DNA from: the human T2T-CHM13v2.0 reference genome, Homo sapiens
DNA length: 64,000 bases
Reading direction: 5' to 3' (one strand)
Assembly: GCF_009914755.1 (NCBI RefSeq)
Contig: NC_060925.1
Under the pieces are notes generated by a model that searched no databases, had not been told where the DNA came from, and was given only the letters and a program-made list of their open reading frames with translations. Within the stretch, counting starts at the first letter, position 1, and every line of letters begins with the position of its first letter. Both the position numbers and the translations under genes were made by a program. Shown one piece after another: positions 27,521 to 40,071 of the stretch.

Positions 27521-29267
27521 AGTCAAGATTCTACCTGTTGCAGTCAGAGTCCAGATGTGTCTAGGGGTGAAAGATTGCCTCACCAACTCCTGGAGATTAT
27601 GGATTCTCCCTGGAAGCCACAGGAAGTTTGAGGTATGAAATGATCCATGTGACTTAATTCACCATGAGATTTCCTAAGGCCTTGGTGTGGGATTTCAATC
27701 TCCCATTAATCAAATTAAATTAATTTTTGAAGCCTCTTGACTGATGGTGAGTGAATCCCAGACAAAGGCATCCCAGTGGGCTACCAGTGCCTCAGATTTC
27801 TACCCTGCTTGACTTGACCGCGTGTGCGTGCACACACACACACACACAATTAAGGTTAGGGTTGGAACAAAGAGAAAGGCACACACAACACATACATTTC
27901 TAGCCATTCTGAATTTCTAGCAGTTCTAGATGGTCTTAGGTCAGCAAAGGATTCTTGCACTCAACATTCAGCCAAAACAAGGCTAGTGTTCTTATCATAG
28001 CACACCCCACCCGCATAGAGACAAGAAACATTAGCTAAAGGATGTTCAACTCTCCTAAAACCACGAGCCAAGCCCAAATCATGACTCAGAAATCCAGACC
28101 TCAGTCATTTCTCCTGCTCATGAAGGCATTCCTTTTTTGAACTGGAAACAAACTCATAAATAAACATCTCCTTCCTCAGTGCCCCCAAACAACTTGATGG
28201 ACAGAGAACTCTGCATTTTATAGGAAATGTTTGCAGATTTTTATGGTAAGTTTCCAAAAATAAAAGCACAAACATTTCTCCTCACATATATTTGTTAAGA
28301 TAGTTACTGGTCCAAGTAGGAATACATATCATCCTGAAGGTAGAGAATGCACCAGGATCAGATCTTACCCATTTTCATAAACACCATGGAGCATAGTTAG
28401 CTCAGAATCCTACAGAGTCCACTTGGCTCAGACCCACACTGGTGCTTCAGGATAGTTTAACGTTTGGGGAACAGGTTCCCTTACTGACACATAGCATAAT
28501 TAGGCATAATGTCTTAAGCGAACATATTAGCTCGGGCTTTTAACAGTGTGCAAGCCTCAGCTTCCGCAATAACAACCTAATCTTGTGTGGGAGCCATCTC
28601 AGGCTTCACTTGAACACAGGCACTGTTGTCCACCCACAGATAAAGCTTGGAATGGTTTTATTTATATCGTCCTTGTTAGTCATGCAATCTGTGCGCAAAC
28701 AAAACAACATTATTCTTATCTCTTTGGAAAGTTTAATTCATTAGCAATTAAAAACTGGTGCAGAAGAATGGCCAGGCACCTGGAAAAGGCTCTTCCTAGC
28801 ACAGCACACCCCGAAAGAGCAGTTTGTGGGAGCAACTTTCACCAATAACAACACAGTGACATTTGCTGAATTGTTGCACAGCCTTGTTTTTGATAAATAG
28901 TTTAGCCATGTAAGGATTATGCCACGGTAATTAAATAAGATAATGTAGCCAACAATCTCTTCAAAAGTACCTCGTTGAAACTTGCTGTTCTCAGGCCCTC
29001 GCCAGAGCCTGTTCCTGCTGTCTGCTCCCTGCCCACTCTCTTGTCTGGCTTGTTTTTAGGGGAGGTTGCGTCTGGGTCAGGTTCCTGTTGTTGTGACAAA
29101 GGCTTCTTAGTAGGAGGAATGCCTTGGCCCTAGAAGCTGGTTAAGGTCTACAGATTGAGTGAGTCCTATTTGGAACAGGGATGGGCCTTACAGTATTCTT
29201 TGCCATCTTAAGGTCAGGGAACTTAAGAATAGCAAACCTGGACTACTCTGTCAAAAGGTCATGCTCA

Positions 29268-29406
29268 GTCGGGCCTGACGGGGTGCTCCTGTAGTCCCAG
29301 CTACTCCGTAGGCTGTGGTGGGTGGATCAGTCGAGCCCAGGAGTTCAAGTCCAGGTTGTGCAACATAGCAAGACCTTGTCTCAAAAAAAAAAAAAAAAAA
29401 AAAAAA
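29268..29406 (+). mobile_element. FLAM (free left Alu monomer) with poly(A)
   Basis: Single monomer cctgtagtcccagctact...gagcccaggagttc...(A)n; TSD-like aaaag(a)gtcatg(c/t)tca. Confidence 0.85.
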
Positions 29407-29417
29407 GAGTCATGTTC

Positions 29418-29560
29418 AATGCAAGATGTTAATAATAGAGGAAACTGTGGGAGTAGGGGTAGGGTAGGAAGAGGGTATATGGGAACTCTTCATACTTTCT
29501 GCCTAACTTTCCTGTAAACCTAAAACAACTCTAAAAGGTAGTCTATTATTAAAAACAAAA
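29418..29560 (+). mobile_element. L1M 3' terminal fragment
   Basis: gcaagatgttaataatagaggaaactg...gggtatatgggaactct...ctgtaaacctaaaac. Confidence 0.8.
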
Positions 29561-30740
29561 GCAAGTCAGGCTCGCCCATGGCTCTGAGATGTGAGGGTCC
29601 AAGATTTATTTTTAAAAGACTTTTCTTCTTCTCCATAAGAAGTTCAACAAGCAAGCACTGATATTTGGAGGGCTACACCCAGGACAGGGAATTTGAAACA
29701 AAACAGTCCCCTGGCTGCCTTCATTGGTGGCAATCCATTCATGTGGAAAGTGAGACTTGACCCAAATGAGGGGACCTCTAGGTTTAGCACCACTTGACCT
29801 TCGTCTGACCCTGGAATAAACAATACATCTACTCTTTAGTTTGGCATTGCATGGGTCAACTTGTTACTTAAATATTTTACTTTCAGCTGCTTAACTTTAT
29901 ATAGGTCAGCCTCAGTGTTGTTAAAAAAATGTTGCTAAAAATAATAAACAGTTTTGGAAATAGAGTACATCTAAAACAAATAAAGTTAACGTAGAATAAT
30001 ACATCTTAGGGCTAGTAGGGACTTCAGTTATCATTTGCTGCAAATTTTGCCTGCTCTTAAATAGGCATGAAAGAGTTAAATAATGCAGCCCCAGCAGGGC
30101 AGGTAGTAGAAGTTTTTTAATCCCAAATGCTGCCCCCGGGGGTAAGAGGAAGAGATATTTGATAATCCAAAGCAGAAAGTAAATATGGAATAAATTACTT
30201 CCACGTAACTGGGGAGATTATTTCAAGTAGATTGCAACTTGGAAATGGATCGCTTCTTTTCAAAACCTAGGGTGACCTGCAAATTTCCCATCCTGGTTTC
30301 AAGGTGGCACCAAGGGAAGGAGCAAGTCCTGGCTTTCAAGGGCACCTATAGCTGATATATTTTGTAAAGTCAAAGCTAACATCTTTAATATTTGCATTAT
30401 TCAGATCCGTGCAGTAGTTAATAGGAACAGAAATAGAAAGAGACAGAGAAATGTGGCCAACAGAAAGACACTACCTTAAATGTTTGAGCTGTAACCTTTG
30501 GTAGATGGCAAACAGAAAACTCTTTGCAATTAATATAATTGCCCTTGTTCAAGGAAATAGTCAATTTGATTTGAAATGGGGTTGAAAAGCCTGGGAAGGG
30601 ATCTGTGTGAGACACCTAAAAGAATTACTGTACATTTTTCCACGTAACGGGCCAATTTTCCCATTCTTTGGTTTTAGTGCTCCCTTTTATAGTCAGTATG
30701 ACTATGCACCAATCCTATTTCCAAGTGGTAGTCTTTCTAA

Positions 30741-31103
<363 letters not shown>

Positions 31104-31119
31104 TGAGATTCCTGGCTGC

Positions 31120-31290
31120 CCACCCCCCATCACCTCTCTGACTTTGGGCAAGTTGCCTGGCCTCTCTCAGCCTTTATTTTCTTTTTGTGAAATGGGGATA
31201 ATAATAGTACTTGCCTCATAGGCAAAATGTTGTGAGAACTAAACGAGAAAATGCATGTAAAGCACTTGGCACTTAGTTCTTTTTATGATT
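31120..31290 (+). mobile_element. MIR
   Basis: gactttgggcaagttgcc...gaaatggggatataatagtac. Confidence 0.8.
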
Positions 31291-31299
31291 ATAATGATA

Positions 31300-32150
31300 A
31301 TCAGACACAATAAATTATGTCTCACATCACATGCTGTTTAGCCTATTCACTGTTCTATTTTTCCTGAAGTCAGTTCAGTGTGTAGCATCCAGAATTGAAC
31401 AAAACACCCCCGATGTGACCTGATAGTGCAAAGTAAACTATCATCTCCTTCATTCTAGGTATTATGTTTCTATTAATGCAGTCTAAAGGTAGGATATGAG
31501 TTGTTTTGTTTATGTATCTTTTTTTTTTTTTTTTCAGGGATGGGGAATGACTATCTCCAATTAAACTTCTCAGTAAAATCTCTCCTCTTGTGTGTTGTGC
31601 TTTAGTATTTAGTTTTGGATACTAGTGCAGGATCTTAAATTTATCCCATTACATGTGATTTCTTTAGTGTTAGTTCCTTTTCAAATCTGTATAAGCCATT
31701 CATTCATTCATTCATTCATTCATTTTAGAAAGTCAAACATATATTTATCATGAGCCAGCACAGTGCCAGTTATTTGCCATATTCTAAGATTTTAAACATT
31801 CATTGGCATTTTAATTGTGCATGATTTCTATACCTTCATCTGAATTGTTGTGTAACATATTTGGATAATACAGAGCTAAGGGCACAGGCAAAGAAATATC
31901 TTTAGAAACTTTCCTCTAGGCTCACCAGCACCCTTAGGGCACTGTCATTTAAATATTATGAATTAATCTTGTGTGGTATCATTTGGTACAAATTATTTTC
32001 CAGCTTGACCAGCAAGAAATCTTGAGACTTTCTCAGAATTCTTGTTCAAGTCAAGATTCCCTATATCTTTCTAGTCACCTAACTCAATATTCCTATCAAA
32101 ATAAGATGAATCTGATGAGATTTTTTTTAAAAAGTGAAGTTAGGCTGGCT
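31300..32150 (-). mobile_element. L3/CR1 LINE fragments
   Basis: gtgtagcatccagaattgaacaaaacaccc...tttctattaatgcagtctaa typical of antisense L3. Confidence 0.55.
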
Positions 32151-34989
32151 TGTTTCCTAATGGGCTGAGAGGACATATTCCCATTCCAGAATTTTGAAGA
32201 ATCTAAGTGCACACAACACAGTGCCTAAAGCATGTCAGCTGTCTGTTTCGGATGCTCGTCCTACCACGTGTAGCATGGCGAAGACAGGAGTCAGAGGTTG
32301 GGAAGTTTAGCTAGGTGAAAAAGTCTGCCCTAGGGCATGCCCTTCCCACTACTGGAGAGCAGTTGCTTTACATTTTATTTTACCTAGCTTTTTGTAAATA
32401 TTTCTCCCTTTCTGGGTTACTTGTGATCAAGGGGCATGGACTTACTCATCTCTTATAATTCCAATCAGTGCATGACACATCATAGCTGATCCTCAATTAT
32501 GTTTTAAGTTAATGTACTCAAGGTTTATTTGTCAATTGAATGCCTAACCTATTACAATTAAGGAGAGAGAATACTATCCCCTTTCAGTCCAGGTGTATGG
32601 CAAATGGAGATGTCTGTAGGTATTAGGACATCCCTAGAAACTTTCAGAAAGGCATTGGAGGAATGCCTCCTTAAACAGTATGAAACTCCAGTGATTAGCA
32701 ATGGAGTCTAATGAATGAGAAGCAGTATAATGGCTTTCTCAAAATATTGGGAAATTCATGATCTTTTTCTCTCCTTTATCATTCCTAGGGTTTTGGAAAT
32801 CTGGATTGTAGCAGGGCATTGTAAGTTAAAAAATCATCTTCCCATTCTGTTCTTTGCAAAGATATTTCTGTTCCTTAAATTTGTTGAGGGTAAGAGATTG
32901 CAGATTGCTTCTGTGGACTTCTTGAAGGTAAGTATTATTTCTTGATATTTGTATCTCCAGTGTCTGGCACAATGCTTGGGGGTGAGGAAGAACTCAATAA
33001 ATGTTTGTTGGATGAATAAGTAATATTTGTGAAAGTGTTTTGTAGACTATGAAACTGCACAAACGAAAGATCACAAGGATGATTGCTTATGAAGCCCAGA
33101 AATTGAAGTGGAACTCCTTTCTTAATGTAACACACACATACATATTACACACATTTTTTTCCTTGAATAGTGGCTGCATTTTTTTTAATGGAACACTGGG
33201 CTACTTTTAAATATTGAAATCAAAATGTACATGCCCACTTTTTATTAGCAGTTGCTCCATTTGCTCCTCCAGCTTTGGCTGGAAAACATCTATTTGTATA
33301 CTTAGTATCTCTGTCCTTGGTTACCCCCATCCCTGCCTTCTCACCCATCTTTAGTCTGCCTTATGGTCTTGCATAGATTTTCAACTGTTAGACTGTCAGG
33401 CTTGCAAGGATGCATTTTAAGAAATCAGTTTCTTTGAAAGCACTTGAACCAAAAGTCAAATGGCATGATGTAAACCAATAGTCTTTCAATGAAGATATGA
33501 AAACCCTCAATAATTACAAATAAGGAATCTAACCTATTGACACCAATTTGATTACACTGTATTGATTTCTACAAAAATATTATGAGAGAGCAGGCTACTT
33601 ATACTCTACTGATCAGATTACAAGTATACTTAGTAAAGACAGAAATAGTATAGCCATAAAAGAGTTTACCTTAAAATGTCACCTGATGTTAGTTGTCCCT
33701 CACTGATTCAAGTAATTTCCTTTATTGAGGTGGATCTGCCTGTTGGTGGAGAACCCTAGACTGCATGCAGCCATGCACATGATCTGGAGACACAGCAGGT
33801 GAGTCCAGCATGTCAAGAGCAGATGACAATGAATGGAAAAAGCTGGTCTTGCTACTTTCTCAGTAACAGTGACTAGCAGTGTGTATGAAGAGATCAAAAT
33901 TCTAAAGGTTCCCACAAATTTCTCAGTTTCCTATTTAGGGCTTTAGGTCTTTGGAGATATCTTCCAGATACGGTATTTGTCTGTTTTCCTTATTCTTCTG
34001 TGAACTGGTATAAATGAAGGTGGGTAGGGTGGGGTGAGTGGGGCTTTGAGGCCTTCCATTTCATCTGAGCTCGATGTGCCAGGAGGAGGCCCCTGAGAAG
34101 CTCAGGCAGTTCCACATAAGCCAGCTCCCACACAGCTCAGCAGGACTTGACAATGATTGCACTGTGAGGCTTTCATCCTTCTGGGCAATTGGCAAATCCA
34201 AAATTTCTAGGTAGAGGGGTTTAGGGTGGCACCCTGGAGAGGAGGAAGGATCAAGGGCATTGTCTTGAAGCGGCTTTGTCTAACAAGCACCAATTTTTTA
34301 CTTAGCTTGAATGCTTATTTTGACATATCTCGGAGTTAAGTAAATGGAAATTTTTGAGAGGAACCTTAAGGAAACTCCAAGTCACCCCTGGATATTGCCA
34401 ATAGAACCCAAGTATGGTAAACACTTCAAAGCCTCCATAGTGTTGTATGAAGCATGGAATCCCTCTTCTGAGGGTTTGAATTCACTCACCAGGGAAATGT
34501 TTTTCAAAGTATTGTCCTACTGAACCATGCAATCAAGAGTAGTGATGGGGAGGGCTTCTAGTGAAGGAGAGCCTTCATCTGTAATAAGCATCTTGGACAG
34601 AACTAATGCACAGTGAAGTCTAAAACCACTGTCCACTGAAAGAACCTCAAGAGCTCTTGTCCTTCTGATGTATGGAATTTCTTAATTTTTTATTCCTCTG
34701 TATCTCCCAGTGGTATTTTGGAATATGAATACCTCCACTGGATTACTTTCCCCATTGTGACTAGGAAGTCTGTATCTTTTTGAGCGAATCAAATTATCAA
34801 AGGGCATCCCTCAGAATCTTTCATGCTGCATCTAATGAGGAGCTCACTTACATTTATAGCACACGGTATTGACCATCACATTGGGCAAAATGAAAACATG
34901 ACAATAATATTAATACCACATGTTTAAATAAGAGTCTACAATTCACAGTTACATAAATTAAACTGCATGGTTAAATTCATAGCACATTT

Positions 34990-35180
34990 ATAGTTAAATC
35001 ATATCTCATCAATTTTTACAATATGCTGTCAGGGTAAGGCCATATTCTTTCTATTTTACAGATGAGGAGCTTGAGACTCAGAGAAGGCAATGACACACCT
35101 TAGGTCAGCTGACTAGTGTACACAGAGAAATTGGCTCTCAAGTCAGATCTTCCAACCCTAGTCCACCAATGCTAACTCAT
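34990..35180 (-). mobile_element. MIR
   Basis: attttacagatgaggagcttgagactcagaga. Confidence 0.75.
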
Positions 35181-35900
35181 GTCATCAGATGACATCCCAA
35201 GGGGCTTTCAGGAAGATTCATTGATGTCAGATCACCTGGGTTCTGACATTTGTAGTCCCTTTGGGAAAATCTCCACTTAGATTGCCATGGACATCCTCTT
35301 GATGAGTGACAGTTTTCTCCAGGGAAAGATGCTTCTTAGTTGGTCTTGCTCCACCTGTACCGGTCAGCTTTACCGTAGGCCTCACATTCTTGATACAGAG
35401 CACATCCTCTCCTGCCTTGCTGGCCACTGTATTGCTCACGTCAGGGAGGGTGTGACTCTAACATTTCACAAAACTCCTTTTTCTCATATCTGATTATGCC
35501 GTGTTTGTAGACACACTGTAGACGTGTGATCATATTTTCTACTTCTTTGTTTTAATCATCTTGATTTAATCCCTGTGAGCTCATATTCCTTCATTAATGT
35601 CATCAAATTAAAAGAGGAAAAGGGATTTTGGAGGCTTATGCTGGATTTCCCCAAAGACAGGCACGATAGTGGTCCACTCAGCCTCTGCTGTGCCCTTCCT
35701 GTGGCAGGGACACACTATCAGGGAATGCAGCCTGTAATAACTAGACCCCCCTCATTATCACATAGGCCTTCCTTTTGTTCAGCTGAAAATTTCAGCTTTT
35801 ACCTTCCACACATTGGTCCTTGTCTTGTCCCTTTTTCATGTGAAAGTTTTTCAAATATATGAGCCAGTCATCACGTAGCATTGAAGTTATATAACTGGAA

Positions 35901-38539
35901 GTTGTTATGTTCTGAACCATGTCTCTCCAGATTCATATGTTGAATTCCCAGCCCCCAGTGCCTCAGAATGTGACTGTATTTGGGAACAGGGTCTGCATTA
36001 GTTTGTTTTCACACTGCTATAAAGACATACCTGAGGCTGGATAATATATGAAGAAAAGAGGTTTAATTGATTCACAGTTCTGCAGGCTGTACAGGAAACA
36101 TGGCTGGGGAGGCTTTAGAAAACTTACAATCATGGTGGAAGGTGAAGAAGCAGACACATCTTCACATGGCTGGCAGGAAAGAGAGAGAGAGCAAAGGGGG
36201 AGGCGCTACACACTTTCTAACAACCAGACCTTGCGAGAACTCTATCAGGAGAACAGCAAGGGGAAAGTCAACCCCCAGGATTCAGTCACCTCCCACCAGG
36301 CCCCTCCCCCAACTCTAGGAATTACAGTTAGACATGAGATTTGGGTGGGAACACACAGCCAAACCATTTTATTCTGCCCCAGCCCCTCCCAAATCTCATG
36401 TCCTTCTTACATTTCAAAACACAATTATGCCTTCCCAACAGTTCCCCAAAGTCTTAATTCATTCCAGCATTAACTCAAAAGTCCATGTCCAAATTTTCTT
36501 CTGAGACAAGGTTAAGTCCCTTCCAAATATGAGCCTGTAAAATCAAAAACAAGTTAGTTACTTCCCAGATACAATGGGGGGTACAGGCATTGGGTAAATG
36601 CTCCCATTCCAAAATATAGAGGATACAGGCCCTATGCAAGTCGGAAACCCAGCAAGGCAGTCATTAAGTCTTAAAGCTCCAAAATAATGGAGCTTAAAGT
36701 TGTTGGTGGATTTACCATTCTGAGTCTGGAGGATGGTGGCCCTCTCTTCAAAGCTCCATTAGGCAATTCCCAAGTGGGAACTTTGTGTGGAGGTTCCAAG
36801 ACCATATTTCCCCTCCATACTGCACCAGTAGAGGTTCTCCCTGAAGGCTCTGCCCCTACAGCAGTCTTCTGCCTGGACATTCAGGCATTTCCATACATCT
36901 TCTGAAATCTAGGTGGAGGCTCCCAAGCCTCAACTCTTGCCCTCTGTGTACCCACAGGCTTAACACTACATGGAAGCCATGAGGCTTGCAACTTTCACCC
37001 TCTGGAGCAGCAGCCTAAGACATATCTGGGGCCCTTTGAACCATGGCTAGAGCTGGAGCAGCCGGGATGCAGGGAACCATGTCCTGAGGCTGCGCAGAGT
37101 AGCAGGGCCCTGGGCCTGACCCATGAAACCATATAACCCTCCTATGCTTCCAGACCTGTGATGGGAGGGGCGGCTGCAAAGGTCTCGGAAATGCCTCCGA
37201 GGCATCTCTGAAATGCCTCGGAGGCATTTCCCCATGGTCTTGGCTATTGCTATTAGCATGTGGCTCCTCTTTACTTATGCAAATTTCTGCAGCTGGCTTA
37301 AATTTCTCCCCAGAAAATGGGTTTTTCTTTTCTACCACATGGCCAGGGTATAAATTTTCCAAACTTTTATGCTCTGCTTCCCTTTTAAGTGTAATTTCCA
37401 GTATCAAATTATCTCCTTGTGCATGCATATTAGTTTATGCTGTTAGATGCAGCCAGGCCACATCATGAATGCTTTGCTGCTTAGAAATTTCTTTTGCCAG
37501 ATACCCTAAATAATCTCTTTCAAGTTCAAAGTTCCACAGATCTCTAGCACAGGGCCACAATGCCACTAGTCTCTTTACTAAAGTATAGCAAGAGTGACCT
37601 TTACTTCAGTTCCCAGTAAGTCCCTCATCTCCATCTGAGACCAGCTTGGCTATCTCTGTCCATATTACTGTCAGCATTTTTGTCAAAATCATTCAACAAG
37701 TCTCTAGGAAGTTCCAAACCTTCCCTCATCTTCCTATCTTCTTCTGAACCCTCCAAACTGCTCCAACCTTTGTACATTACTCAGTTCCAAAGCTGCTTCC
37801 ACATTTTCAGGTTTCATTATAGCAATGCCTCACTATTTGGTACAAATTTTCTGTATTAGTCCCTTCTCACACTGCTATAAAGACATACCTGAGACTGGGT
37901 AATTTATGAAGAAAAGATGTTTAATCGACTCACCATTCTGCAGGTTGTACCAGAAGCAGGGCTGAGGAGGCCTTAGGAAACTTAAAATCATGGCGGAAGG
38001 CAAAGGGGAAACAGGTACATTTTCTCATGGCCAGCAGAACAGAGCGAGAGCAAAGTGGGAGGTGCTACACACTTTCAAACAACCAGATCTGGTGAGAACT
38101 CTATCACAAGAACGGGAAGGTGGAAGTCCGCCCCCCCGTGATTCAATCACCTCCTACCAGGCCCCTCCTTCAACACTGGGAATTACAATTCAACATGAGA
38201 TTTGGATGGGGAAACAGAGCCAAACCATATTAGGGTCTTTAAGAGGTAATAAGTTAAAATGGAGTTATTAGGGTGGCCCATAATTCTACAGAACTGATGT
38301 CCTTGTAAGAAGGGGAAGAGACACCAGAAGTGCCAGCACAGAGGAAAGGTCCTGTAAGGACACAGGCTAAAGACAGCCATCTACAAGCCAGGGAGAGAGG
38401 CCCCAGAAGAAACCAAAGCCACAAATACCTTCTCTTGGACTTTCAGCCTCCAAAGCTGTGAGAAAATACATTTCTGTTGTTTAAGCCACCCAAGTCAGTC
38501 TGTGGTACTTTGTTATGGCTGCCCTAGCAGATGAATTCA
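35901..38539 (+). mobile_element. MLT1A-type LTR split by a full-length MSTA element (35901-35993 and 38233-38539)
   Basis: attcatatgttga...cagaatgtgactgtatttgg on the left; ttggactttcagcctcc...tgttatggctgccctagca on the right. Confidence 0.85.
35994..38232 (-). mobile_element. Full-length MSTA MaLR element (LTR 35994-36371, internal 36372-37851, LTR 37852-38232)
   Basis: Two LTRs tg(c/t)attagt...aaaccat; MaLR internal sequence; perfect 5-bp TSD gggtc. Confidence 0.9.
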
Positions 38540-39303
38540 GAAGTCAAATGTATATGGCTTTGAAGCCACAGAGGAAGGTGAGATTATCTGACCAGAGATC
38601 CAAGGTGAAAGGGGTGGAGAGCTATGGGGTAAATCACTTTACAGAGTGGGTATAGGAAGAAGAGCCTGTGAAAAACACAGAGAAGAATCAAGATAGAGCA
38701 GAGTTAAAGATGACAAGGGAAGACAGAGTTCTTTGCTTTCTTTTATTTTGGGTTCACATCTCTTAATTTCGTGTTCACTTTTGTTAAGGTCATCCTCAGC
38801 ATTTATACTCTCTCTCCTTTTGTGCCCCCATGGACCAAGTTAAGAAGGTGTAGGCTTCAAATCTTAAGATCGGTCACCACAAAATTCAAAAGTAAGTGAA
38901 AGTGTTTATATTAGTGTCACTGAATCAAGAGCCAATCTCAAAATTTACTTGGGGAATTTTTCAAAGTGCACATTTATTTGACATACACTGCGAAATTTTA
39001 TTTTAGTATAGATTTGTGGTGGGATACTACCATATATTTTGAAAACAAACAAACAAGCAAACAAAAAAATGTTCCCCAAACCCACAGAATCCCCAGGTAC
39101 TTTTGATGTACACACTGATGGAGACAAACTAATCCAGATGAAAAGACAAATGAATTTTTTTCTACATGCCTGGAAATAATGCCAGATGATTATAGATTTC
39201 AAACTTCATAGAAAATTGAAATTTCCCCCTTTTGTAGGGGGAATGTTTTGTTAATCTAGCATACACAGCCTATGTTTTCTATTCTTATTACTTTTAATAA
39301 TAA

Positions 39304-40071
<768 letters not shown>

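Noticed and set aside
36048-38380. Several 65-141 aa ORFs
   Set aside because: Derived from MSTA LTR/internal and MLT1 sequence
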